From a virus, in the IMG/VR virus record IMGVR_UViG_3300045988_061617, positions 21,424 to 85,423 of that record: 64,000 nt of DNA; one strand, written 5' to 3'. This document shows, piece after piece, positions 36,961-45,538 of the stretch (its first letter is position 1; every line of letters starts with the position of its first letter). Under the pieces are notes generated by a model. It was not told where the DNA came from and did no database searches. It was given only the letters and a program-made list of their open reading frames with translations. A program made the translations under genes and the position numbers.

Positions 36961-37614
36961 TTAATACTTAAGTTCTTCTTTAGCTCTATCTTCCCAATAT
37001 TGTATATCTTGTCTAAGTTCTGAGATATATCTCATGGACTCATTAGTCTTAGGCATTTCAAAAAATTCTACAAGCATAATATTGGTAATTCGAGTACTAT
37101 TACCAAGTCTCTCTTTAATGAAAGGTGGAGGAGTAATCAATACTTCAAATAAGAGATAGGCATCTGGAGAAAGCTTATCCTTCATATAGGTATACATTAT
37201 ATCAAGCATTTCTGATTTAGCTTTCTCTTCTTCGGTATCATCCTCTAATTCTTTATCATTATCGAATAAATCATCCAGTTTAAAGAGGCTTTGATTATAC
37301 TCTGCTTGTTCTCCGTATGCAGAACGAAGCAATTTATTCTTAAATGTACTCAAGGAAGCAAGAATCCTTGCTTTGAGATGTTCTTCAGTACATTCACCAT
37401 AGTATTTATTAAAAACAAATAACATCTTGTCCCAGAAATAAGACTGAATTATATCTGGTGTAAGATTAAACCTTTTATAATCAATCTGTCTGGTAAGATT
37501 CCTAATCACTGGCTTACAGACTTTATAAAGTCTATTGAAAGTAGCTTCATCATATTCTTGCATAGGTTTTAATCGATGAAGCTCTGAGCCATTATTTCCT
37601 TTACTTTTTCCCAT
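36961..37614 (-). CDS. Putative phage sigma factor (sigma-70 region 2 / region 4-like)
   Basis: FNRLYKVCKPVIRNLTRQI...DIIQSYFWDKMLFVFNKY...FKNKLLRSAY resembles ECF-type region 2. An acidic linker follows, and the C-terminal ITNIMLVEFFEMPKTNESMRYISELRQDI resembles a region-4 HTH. It is the only complete minus-strand gene. Confidence 0.45.
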   Translation of the reverse strand: MGKSKGNNGSELHRLKPMQEYDEATFNRLYKVCKPVIRNLTRQIDYKRFNLTPDIIQSYFWDKMLFVFNKYYGECTEEHLKARILASLSTFKNKLLRSAYGEQAEYNQSLFKLDDLFDNDKELEDDTEEEKAKSEMLDIMYTYMKDKLSPDAYLLFEVLITPPPFIKERLGNSTRITNIMLVEFFEMPKTNESMRYISELRQDIQYWEDRAKEELKY

Positions 37615-37624
37615 GTTTTTAAAT

Positions 37625-37642
37625 ATTCGTTATGCAAATATA
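37625..37642 (-). promoter_or_regulatory. Promoter box TATATTTGCATAACGAAT (minus strand) upstream of the sigma-like gene
   Basis: The reverse complement of 37625-37642 is TATATTTGCATAACGAAT. It contains TAnnTTTG and is identical over 18 nt to 61910-61927 (+). The G of TTTG lies 21 nt upstream of the ATG at 37614. Confidence 0.55.
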
Positions 37643-37788
37643 AGTATTTTTTCTTATATAAAATAATAATATTAAATATTCGGGAGCTTAAGGTAGTGGA
37701 TTAGTAGTTTCTAGTTAGTTGTCAACATACTCAGAACTATCTCGGTACTATCAAAATCTATTGGTTTATATAATATTGCAATATAGAT

Positions 37789-39225
37789 ATGAAAAAGTTT
37801 AAAGACAACATCAAGTTTAGTTTTTCTCCTGAGTTTCAGTTTGAGATACTCAGGTTTGTTTTAAAAGATAAGGAAGGAGGATTAGTTCTTAAAAGGATTA
37901 AATCCAATTACCTGGTTCTCATAGAACACTCCCTTATCTTCGAGGGTATATCAAAATATTTTAAGAAGCAAGGCAGAATGCCCTCTGAGAATATTCTAAA
38001 AGAAGTATTAAAAGAATTGCTAGAATCAAAAGCATATATTGATTTGGTAACTAAGGATGACACCCCTAATATCAATAAGTTAATAAGCAATTTATATCAC
38101 ATTCCCTTATCGGATGCAGATTATATCAAGGAAAAAATTTACCAGTTCTCTACCTATGTTGAAATGAAGAACCTGAATGACTCTTTTGATTTAGATAACT
38201 TCGAACAATATGAAGAGTATTCAAGGAAGATTGAGAAAGTACTTCAGAAAAGTAAACCAAAGAAAGAGGACGAACCTATATACATGATTCGAGATATTAC
38301 AGAGAGACAGTTTAAAAGACAATCAGAACCCTCGGTAATACCCTGTCCCTTTAGGCAATTAAATGACCTTACTAATGCAGGAGGTTATCCCGAACATTCT
38401 ATTAATGTAATATTGGATAAACCTAAAGCAAAGAAAACTTTCTTCATGGTAAACCTTGCCCGAGGTTATCTTCGAATGAAGAAATCCGTATTATACGTAG
38501 ATACCGAGAATGGTAAAGACCAAATCATGGACAGATTTATTCAATCTAGTATCAATAAAACCAAAAAGGAATTATACTCAGGTGAGTATGATAAACTTGA
38601 AGCTAAACATTTAAGAAAGCTTGCAAGATTTGGGGTTGAATTGGTGGTTGAGAGGGTACCAGCAATGATTACTAATACCACTTATATAAGGGAAAAGATA
38701 ATTCAACTTCGTAATCAAGGAATCGATATTAAAGTTCTTATGGTTGACTACGCTGGTAAGCTTGCATCAATAGCGGGTGATAGAGAAGATTTCGAAAGGA
38801 TATCTAATGTATATATAGACTTGAGTAACTTAGCCGAAGAAATGAAACTTGATATAATCTGGACTGCACATCATATTACTAGAGAGGGTAAAAAACATAG
38901 AAAAACCAGATATGATGAAAATGATATATCTGGTTCTATAGCCATAGTAAGAAATGCTCAAGTAATTATGGGGTTAAATGCTACAGAACAAGAAGAAAGG
39001 GATGATATATTAAGGGCCGAGATAGTGGTTCAAAGGGATGGTCTACCATCAGGTAGAGCTCTTTTTAAATGCTCTACAGAAACTCAACGGTGTACCGAAT
39101 TTACTAGAGAACAACGAAAAGAATATGACAGGGTATATGGAGAACAACTAGATAATTCTCTAAAAAGTTCTAGTAACCCAGATGCTAATATAGAGAAATA
39201 TAACAAAAAGCAAGGAGATATATAA
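37789..39225 (+). CDS. DnaB-like replicative DNA helicase
   Basis: The C-terminal RecA-type domain is colinear with DnaB motifs: FRQLNDLTNAGG, ILDKPKAKKTFFMVNLA (H1), VLMVDYAGKL (H2), ISNVYIDLSNLAEEMKLDIIWTAHHITREG, DISGSIAIVRNAQVIMGL, AEIVVQRDG. Confidence 0.75.
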   Translation: MKKFKDNIKFSFSPEFQFEILRFVLKDKEGGLVLKRIKSNYLVLIEHSLIFEGISKYFKKQGRMPSENILKEVLKELLESKAYIDLVTKDDTPNINKLISNLYHIPLSDADYIKEKIYQFSTYVEMKNLNDSFDLDNFEQYEEYSRKIEKVLQKSKPKKEDEPIYMIRDITERQFKRQSEPSVIPCPFRQLNDLTNAGGYPEHSINVILDKPKAKKTFFMVNLARGYLRMKKSVLYVDTENGKDQIMDRFIQSSINKTKKELYSGEYDKLEAKHLRKLARFGVELVVERVPAMITNTTYIREKIIQLRNQGIDIKVLMVDYAGKLASIAGDREDFERISNVYIDLSNLAEEMKLDIIWTAHHITREGKKHRKTRYDENDISGSIAIVRNAQVIMGLNATEQEERDDILRAEIVVQRDGLPSGRALFKCSTETQRCTEFTREQRKEYDRVYGEQLDNSLKSSSNPDANIEKYNKKQGDI

Positions 39226-39806
39226 TGAAAGATAATATACCAGGATTTATGGGATACTACGTTTCTAAAACTGGGAGCGTATATTCAAGATATGTCCGAG
39301 GAAGTAGGGGTAAATTAAGTAATGAGTTTACCCCACTAATACCAAAGAAACGTCCCAAATACTATAGTGTATCCCTTTATAGGGATGGTAAGTCTACAAA
39401 GATTTTTGTTCACAGATTAGTAGCTACTGTTTATGTACCTAACCCCAATAATTTACCTGTAGTAATGCACTTAGATAACGATATTTATAATAATTATTAT
39501 AAGAATCTAAAATGGGGTACCCAGAAAGAAAATGTATACCAATCTATCAGGGATGGTAATAATCTGATTTCAGTAATGGGTAAGGATAATATACATCGTA
39601 AATTAAACTTAAATGATATACCTAAAGTAAAAGCTTATTATAATACATTACTATCTGAACTAATCCAATTAGGGTTTACTAAATGGAAAGTAAACAAAAC
39701 TTTATTAAGGGTTCTAGGAAAGAGATTTGGAGTTGGTGATAGGGTAATTCGTAATATATTAAATAACAGTTATGAAAACAAAGAAAGTAGAGGTAGTAAA
39801 AGATAG
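39225..39806 (+). CDS. HNH_3 homing endonuclease (paralog 1)
   Basis: VHRLVATVYVPNPNNLPVVMHLDNDIYNNYYKNLKWGTQKEN (HNH_3 motif) plus a C-terminal HTH (LGKRFGVGDRVIRNILNN). Free-standing between the helicase and primase genes. Confidence 0.85.
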   Translation: MKDNIPGFMGYYVSKTGSVYSRYVRGSRGKLSNEFTPLIPKKRPKYYSVSLYRDGKSTKIFVHRLVATVYVPNPNNLPVVMHLDNDIYNNYYKNLKWGTQKENVYQSIRDGNNLISVMGKDNIHRKLNLNDIPKVKAYYNTLLSELIQLGFTKWKVNKTLLRVLGKRFGVGDRVIRNILNNSYENKESRGSKR

Positions 39807-39951
39807 ATGGTCTGATGGGGTAGCTTTAGAAATATCTCATAATGGTTGGCAAACAACTTGTATCAATGATTTAGATTTAGAGGATTTAAAGAAACTTCGA
39901 AAAGTAATTAGGAAAGCTATAAGAGAATATGAAAATAACCAATCAGTTTAA
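39772..39951 (+). CDS. Possible unannotated 59-aa ORF
   Basis: MKTKKVEVVKDRWSDGVALEISHNGWQTTCINDLDLEDLKKLRKVIRKAIREYENNQSV. It is just under the ORF-track cutoff and fills the 39807-39928 gap, but overlaps both neighbours (35 nt and 23 nt). Confidence 0.3.
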   Translation: MKTKKVEVVKDRWSDGVALEISHNGWQTTCINDLDLEDLKKLRKVIRKAIREYENNQSV

Positions 39952-40879
39952 ATCTAGACTAAGGACATACTTTATTAAACGATTGGGAGGTTACGATTAC
40001 CGGCATGGCTGGATGCGTATACCAACTTGCCCCTATTGTGGGAGAGAACATAAGTTGGGAGTTAACCTTTCTATGTATAGAACCAATTGTTTTAGATGTA
40101 ATGCCCATCCTTCTCCTGCTCAACTAATAATGGATATAGAAGGATTTACTGAGTACCATGAACTAATTAATTTTTTGAACAATGGCCAATTTGATGAACT
40201 ACAGTTTAAGGAAGAGAAAATCGAACTTGCCGAAAGTAAGCCAGTATATCTCCCTGAGGGATTTAGAAACATTTCGCTCGGGGATAGCCAACTTGCAAAA
40301 AGCATTCGGGGATATATCAAGAAACGCGGATTTAGCCTCGAGAAGTTTTCAAGATACGGTATCGGCTATGGAACAAGCGGCTCAACGTATGGGTACCTCA
40401 TTATACCCTTTTATTACAAAGGCCAACTTAGATATTACAATGCTCGAAATGTTATTGGCAAAGGACCCAGATATAATAACCCAGACAAAGACATCACCGG
40501 TTTGGGAAAACAATTTATCATCTTTAATCATGATGCGTTGGAGATGTATCGGTCGGTATTCATTTGCGAAGGGGCACTTAATGCTCTCACAATTGGGGAT
40601 AGAGCAATTGCCACAATGGGCAAAGCTGTATCTAAATATCAGCTAAACGAATTAATAAAAGCTCCTTGTCAAAGGTATATAATCCTATTAGACTTTGATG
40701 CTCAAAAGTATGCTATAGAATTAGCCTTGAAACTTATACAATACAAGAAAGTAAAATTAGTTCTTTTTGATGATAATCGGGATGTAAATGATTTGGGTAG
40801 GAAAGCAGTTCTTAAAAAGGTTTATAAGACCAGATATACTACCTATCAAGGATTAATCAAACTTAAAAACTCACTATGA
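39929..40879 (+). CDS. DNA primase (zinc-ribbon + TOPRIM)
   Basis: CPYCGREHK...CFRCNAH (CxxC..CxxC zinc ribbon). TOPRIM Glu in VFICEGALNALT and DxD in ILLDFDAQ. The start could be downstream (M at 40013) if the small ORF at 39772 is real. Confidence 0.8.
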   Translation: MKITNQFKSRLRTYFIKRLGGYDYRHGWMRIPTCPYCGREHKLGVNLSMYRTNCFRCNAHPSPAQLIMDIEGFTEYHELINFLNNGQFDELQFKEEKIELAESKPVYLPEGFRNISLGDSQLAKSIRGYIKKRGFSLEKFSRYGIGYGTSGSTYGYLIIPFYYKGQLRYYNARNVIGKGPRYNNPDKDITGLGKQFIIFNHDALEMYRSVFICEGALNALTIGDRAIATMGKAVSKYQLNELIKAPCQRYIILLDFDAQKYAIELALKLIQYKKVKLVLFDDNRDVNDLGRKAVLKKVYKTRYTTYQGLIKLKNSL

Positions 40880-41406
40880 TGAAAGATAACGTACCAGGTT
40901 TTATAGGTTACCACATTACTAAATATGGAGAACTGTATTCAAGACGAGTAGAGAAATCTCCTTATAAGTTTGGTAAATGGCGTAAATTAAAACTTTCGAA
41001 AAAGCGTAGAGTTAAGGTAAAACTTTATAGGGGTCAGGTTGGTTATAATTTGAGTATAAGTAGGTTAGTAGCTTTAGTTTATGTGTATAATCCTAATCCC
41101 TATAAGTTTAATGAAGTAATGCACTTAGATAATAACCCATTAAATAATTACTATAAGAATCTTCAATGGGGTACACATAGTATGAATATACAACAGATGA
41201 TTTTTGAACAGAGGAGAAGATCTTTCAAAACTACTCAAAACCCAAACTGGGAGAATTTTAAAATTTCTGATAGAAAACAGAGAAGATTAAGAAGGCTAAT
41301 TGATTTAGGTAAAAGTAGGGTATATATTAGTAGAAGGTTAAGGGTGTCACGTAAAACGCTCTATAATTTTATTCATAGAATCCAAATCCGAAACTCTTTG
41401 GAGTGA
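40876..41406 (+). CDS. HNH_3 homing endonuclease (paralog 2)
   Basis: ISRLVALVYVYNPNPYKFNEVMHLDNNPLNNYYKNLQWGTHSMN plus a C-terminal HTH (RRLRVSRKTLYNFIHR). It shares the exact 18-mer AGTAATGCACTTAGATAA with paralog 1. Confidence 0.85.
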   Translation: MMKDNVPGFIGYHITKYGELYSRRVEKSPYKFGKWRKLKLSKKRRVKVKLYRGQVGYNLSISRLVALVYVYNPNPYKFNEVMHLDNNPLNNYYKNLQWGTHSMNIQQMIFEQRRRSFKTTQNPNWENFKISDRKQRRLRRLIDLGKSRVYISRRLRVSRKTLYNFIHRIQIRNSLE

Positions 41407-41447
41407 GGATTTCCTATTATATTATATAACTTAAAAGAAAAGAGGGT

Positions 41448-41651
41448 ATGAAACAATTTATCAAGGAATGGATTATAAATATGGCTATATGCTTAGTCAT
41501 AGTAGGGTATATTGGTATTTTCTTTTTAGGGTGTTATCTTTTAGATGATAGTACACTAAAGGGGGCAGTATACATAACTCTATGGGCAATATTTTATGCA
41601 GTAACTACAATAACGTATTATGTAAGATATTGTAATAGAAAGAAGAAATGA
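41448..41651 (+). CDS. Small two-pass membrane protein
   Basis: 67 aa with two hydrophobic helices (WIINMAICLVIVGYIGIFFLGCYLL; AVYITLWAIFYAVTTITYYV) and a basic C-terminus. Confidence 0.5.
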   Translation: MKQFIKEWIINMAICLVIVGYIGIFFLGCYLLDDSTLKGAVYITLWAIFYAVTTITYYVRYCNRKKK

Positions 41652-42472
41652 GAGAACCCAGTATTCATATAACTAAGTCTCAATTTGAGGAAATACTAAA
41701 TACCTTAGAGGTAGATAACTTCCCAGTTGAGGCTTTTTTTGTTATTGCTCGGAAAGAGGCAATAAATCATAGAGCAGTCTTAGTTTCTAATAATAATAAG
41801 AATACTAAGCGAGTTAATAACATATTACTAGCATCTAAGGGAGATGCTGCCCTTGTTGCTGATATTTTGTATGCAATCCGTATAAAATTAAAACATAGAG
41901 GAGTTCGGAAAATAAACGAAAGTAATTCCCGAGAATGGGCAAATTGTAAAAAGCTTGCAGAGATATGTAATACCTTTTGTGAGGATTTCAAATTTGATAC
42001 CCGGGAAGGTTTTATTAAATATATTGAGACTGGGTTAAAGAGGATGACCGACTATCGGAATGTTATGCAAAGGTTAATATCTATGCAGGACAACATCACT
42101 AATCAAATAGATGCCGAGATAGAGTTACAAAATTCAGATTTAAAACTTACCAAAGAGATACATGATTACTTTATAGGTAAGATTGCTAAGGCAACTGGTA
42201 TATATGAGTCTTATGAAAATCAACCCGAGAAGTATGTACACTTTGCAAAGGTAGGTGAATTCCTAAAAGAGGAGGGCTGGAATTATAAGACCTTCATCGA
42301 TGCTCAGTTTGAATCTCTTGCATGGTGCAATGGGTTACCGGATATTGCACAAATGTATACGGATAAAGCAATTGAAAGATACAATAAGTATTTATATAAA
42401 TATAAGAATAAACAACTACTTGAAGGTGAACCAGAAGTTGAAGGTTCCCTTTGGGATAAAATAAGAAAATGA
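41648..42472 (+). CDS. Hypothetical protein
   Basis: 274-aa ORF with an ATGA overlap to the previous gene. No motif recognised. Confidence 0.55.
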   Translation: MREPSIHITKSQFEEILNTLEVDNFPVEAFFVIARKEAINHRAVLVSNNNKNTKRVNNILLASKGDAALVADILYAIRIKLKHRGVRKINESNSREWANCKKLAEICNTFCEDFKFDTREGFIKYIETGLKRMTDYRNVMQRLISMQDNITNQIDAEIELQNSDLKLTKEIHDYFIGKIAKATGIYESYENQPEKYVHFAKVGEFLKEEGWNYKTFIDAQFESLAWCNGLPDIAQMYTDKAIERYNKYLYKYKNKQLLEGEPEVEGSLWDKIRK

Positions 42473-42473
42473 T

Positions 42474-43061
42474 ATGAAAGGTTTACAATTTTTCGGAAAC
42501 AGAGTAGAGGATGCAGCTAATGCTTTTATAGATGTCCTCAAGTATTCAGACCAATCCGTGGATTATCCAGATTTTAAGGATATCGAACCATGGCCTGATG
42601 AGATAATTAATATGTTCTATGTGATTTGGAAGAATGCCAAGTTCTCAGAACTAAGTGCCATCATTATGTATACCCAACAGTCTTCTAGATTTGAAGAAAT
42701 ATCAGAATTGATGTTGGGTATTGGTTTGGTAGAGATGAGACACCTTGATAAGATATCGGACTTTTTACAAAAGGCAGATCCCTATGAGGATTACTCTACC
42801 ATGAATATTAATCCTACGATTGAGATTGGTTCTACTTGGGAACAAGCTTTAAAGATTGCTTTGAATTCCGAGATAGAAACTATTGGTCACTACAAGAAAA
42901 TTCAAAGAGCAATTGCTCAATACGAAGAACGCCCAGATTACGATGACGTGAATTATTTCCTTGAGAAATTGATTGCGGATGAGGAGCATCATATTAAACT
43001 TCTCAAGGAAGCAATGGGTATGGATAAATCTACTAAGGGTGTAACGGTAATTATCAAATGA
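42474..43061 (+). CDS. Ferritin-like di-metal carboxylate protein (Mn-catalase / CotJC-like)
   Basis: Four-helix E / ExxH / E / ExxH ligand pattern: FSELSAIIMYTQQS, GLVEMRHLD, SEIETIGHY, ADEEHHIKLL. Confidence 0.5.
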   Translation: MKGLQFFGNRVEDAANAFIDVLKYSDQSVDYPDFKDIEPWPDEIINMFYVIWKNAKFSELSAIIMYTQQSSRFEEISELMLGIGLVEMRHLDKISDFLQKADPYEDYSTMNINPTIEIGSTWEQALKIALNSEIETIGHYKKIQRAIAQYEERPDYDDVNYFLEKLIADEEHHIKLLKEAMGMDKSTKGVTVIIK

Positions 43062-44545
43062 GTAGGATAATCATACAGAATGGGAATATGTGCGAACTCG
43101 ACTTACCTCTTAAGTTCGCACAAAAACTTTATAATGAGTTCGCTATTCGACATCCAAATGCTTTCTACTTACGTACAAGGCAAAGAGGTATGCAGAATTG
43201 GGACGGTAAGATTCATTACATCACCAAGACTGGGCAATTTAAAATAGGTTTACTTCCCAAAGTATACGATATGTGTATTGAGATGGGGATTAAACCTAAA
43301 GTTGTAGATATGAGACAACCTTTACCTAAAGTCAGTAAAGTAGTTACGAATATAGGCAAATATAAATTAAGACCAGAGCAAGAGAAAGCTGTTAAGGCAG
43401 TTATCAATAATAAGATAGGGAATACACCTTTTCATATTGGCGTATTAGATTACACTGTTAATGCAGGTAAAACACTTATCATGTCGTCTTTATATTTATC
43501 CTATAAGAAGCAGTTAAAGACTTTGCTAATAACTAATGATTCGGATTGGTTAAATCAAGCTAGAGAAGAATTTAAGCAATATCTTCCCGGAGAAGATATC
43601 ACTTTTGTTCAAGGCAAGGTTTTAAACTGGAGTAACTTTACTATAGGTATGGTTCAATCTATTTCGAGAAATATGAGATTCTATCAAAAGGAATTATCTC
43701 AAATAGATATGGTACTTATAGATGAGGCTGACCAAGGAGGTAGTAAGCAATATCAGAATGTAATCACTCGGTTATTTAATACCAGAATTCGTATAGGATT
43801 ATCTGGTACGATTTATATGAGTAAGCTTGCTAAGGATAGGGTTAAGAATATGAATCTTGAATGTTTCTTTGGTAAGGTAATCGCTGAGTTTAAACTTAAA
43901 GATTCTATTAAGAAAGGTTACTCAACTAAAACTATCGTAAAGATAGTACCTGGTAAACCCTGGTATGGTAATTGGGAATCAGATTGTATATCTTATAAGG
44001 AAATATACGATGATTCTATTACCGATAATAATACTGCCTGGACTATGGCTTGGGATAGGTTAAGGTGGAATCTAAGGCAAGGTAGATTTCCTGCACTTGT
44101 AGTATGCAAGCATATTGCACATTGTGAAAATCTATATGAGTTCTTTAAAAATAGACTGGGTGATGCCTATAATATTGCTTATGTGCATGTTAATACTCCT
44201 ACTAAGTTAAGACAACAAATAATGAAAGATTTTAGAGAAGGCAAGATTGATATCTTGGTATCAACTACTATCATTGCTCGAGGTAAAAACTTTCCTAAGC
44301 TAAGATATTTATTAAATACTGCCTCAATGGATAGCCAAGAAAAATCTATTCAGTTCCTTGGTCGTTTGGTGAGAACTGATGAATCAAAAAAGAAAGTGTA
44401 CCTTGATGATCTTCATTATCCTGGTAATTATTTAGATAGGCATGGTAAACATAGGAAGCAATATTATCAAAGACAAGAATTGAAAGTAATACTGTTAGAT
44501 AAGCTTTGGAAGAATCATCCTAACCATAGCCTTAATCAGAGTTAA
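43058..44545 (+). CDS. Superfamily 2 DEAD/DEAH-box helicase (UvsW/ResIII-like)
   Basis: Walker A VNAGKTLIM, DEAD box VLIDEADQ, motif III LSGT, motif VI QFLGRLVRT. Confidence 0.85.
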   Translation: MSRIIIQNGNMCELDLPLKFAQKLYNEFAIRHPNAFYLRTRQRGMQNWDGKIHYITKTGQFKIGLLPKVYDMCIEMGIKPKVVDMRQPLPKVSKVVTNIGKYKLRPEQEKAVKAVINNKIGNTPFHIGVLDYTVNAGKTLIMSSLYLSYKKQLKTLLITNDSDWLNQAREEFKQYLPGEDITFVQGKVLNWSNFTIGMVQSISRNMRFYQKELSQIDMVLIDEADQGGSKQYQNVITRLFNTRIRIGLSGTIYMSKLAKDRVKNMNLECFFGKVIAEFKLKDSIKKGYSTKTIVKIVPGKPWYGNWESDCISYKEIYDDSITDNNTAWTMAWDRLRWNLRQGRFPALVVCKHIAHCENLYEFFKNRLGDAYNIAYVHVNTPTKLRQQIMKDFREGKIDILVSTTIIARGKNFPKLRYLLNTASMDSQEKSIQFLGRLVRTDESKKKVYLDDLHYPGNYLDRHGKHRKQYYQRQELKVILLDKLWKNHPNHSLNQS

Positions 44546-44560
44546 CTAGAAGTACTATGA

Positions 44561-44595
44561 GTAATTACTTTTCTCCGTAGGGAGGAAATAATTAC
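44561..44595 (+). terminator. Long imperfect hairpin after the SF2 helicase gene (possible terminator or RNA element)
   Basis: GTAATTACTTTTCTCC gtag GGAGGAAATAATTAC gives about 14 bp with one bulge and one mismatch. No T-tract follows. Confidence 0.3.
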
Positions 44596-44618
44596 ATCCT
44601 AATAAGCATATAGGCATT

Positions 44619-44963
44619 ATGAAGAAATTAATAAATCTACTATCATCATTATCGAAAAAGAAAGAAGAAGAATTACCCCCAACTAATCACATATTCAATT
44701 GTAAAGACTTGGCATGGATAACTTCTATCAAACATTGGAGATATACTCCGGATATGTATACTCATTCATTTAGTTTATATTGGTCATCGGGATTCGAAGT
44801 TAGAGTACAACAAGATACTACTGACCCAGAATCTTGCCCAGATTTATCTAAACTCAGGGAACTATTTATTAATAACATCGGTTATTCATATGTAAATCTA
44901 GATGTTAACAGTAATATATACATCTATCATAAACCCGAAAAAATGATATTACAAAATGGCTAA
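44619..44963 (+). CDS. Hypothetical protein
   Basis: 114-aa ORF. No motif recognised. Confidence 0.5.
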   Translation: MKKLINLLSSLSKKKEEELPPTNHIFNCKDLAWITSIKHWRYTPDMYTHSFSLYWSSGFEVRVQQDTTDPESCPDLSKLRELFINNIGYSYVNLDVNSNIYIYHKPEKMILQNG

Positions 44964-45345
44964 GAAGAAAAAAGAACTTCCAGACTTATCAAAACATGAT
45001 GTGCTTACTCCCTTAGATGTAAGCACACTTGGTACTAATGGTGACCCCTGTTTTGGTATTGGGTATGATTTATCAACCAAAGAATGTAAATTATGCGGAG
45101 ACTCAGAACTGTGTGCATTCAAGATGTCCCAGAACTTGAACATTACAAGGAAAGAATTAGAACAGAAGAATCAATACAAAGATTTGGATGTATTAGAAGA
45201 CACGGTTGGTATCAAGAAATACATTCGAGGCTTGATTCGGAAAGGGAGAGACAGAAAAGAAATTATCTCAAAAACAGTTGAGAAATTCGAAGTACCCAAG
45301 AAACGTATTAGAGAACTTTATAGAGAATGCAATGCAAAAAATTGA
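44956..45345 (+). CDS. Hypothetical Cys-cluster protein
   Basis: 129 aa. GDPCFGIGYDLSTKECKLCGDSELC (C-x12-C-x2-C-x5-C) followed by a basic helical C-terminus. Possibly metal- or DNA-binding. Confidence 0.5.
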   Translation: MAKKKKELPDLSKHDVLTPLDVSTLGTNGDPCFGIGYDLSTKECKLCGDSELCAFKMSQNLNITRKELEQKNQYKDLDVLEDTVGIKKYIRGLIRKGRDRKEIISKTVEKFEVPKKRIRELYRECNAKN

Positions 45346-45538
45346 TATGATATGGGCTATGTTCAAGGTATATTTGAATAACCCCAATTATTTAGTAAAG
45401 CAAGAGGATGTTCTTGCTGATTTATGTATGGAAGGCTCGGTAAATGTATTAAGAATGTGTAATTCATTAGGAGTATATGTTTCCAGACCCGATAAATTAA
45501 CCTTTGGACAACTTTTAAAAAAATGTAACATATTATGA
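45278..45538 (+). CDS. Hypothetical protein (true start probably the internal ATG at 45332 or 45347)
   Basis: The ORF-track start overlaps the upstream gene by 68 nt. The ATG at 45347 lies 1 nt after the upstream stop. Confidence 0.4.
   Translation: MRNSKYPRNVLENFIENAMQKIDMIWAMFKVYLNNPNYLVKQEDVLADLCMEGSVNVLRMCNSLGVYVSRPDKLTFGQLLKKCNIL

Noticed and set aside
40182-40646. 154-aa plus-strand ORF in an alternative frame inside the primase gene
   Set aside because: The primase frame carries the zinc-ribbon and TOPRIM motifs across this interval. The alternative frame has no motif and no independent intergenic context.
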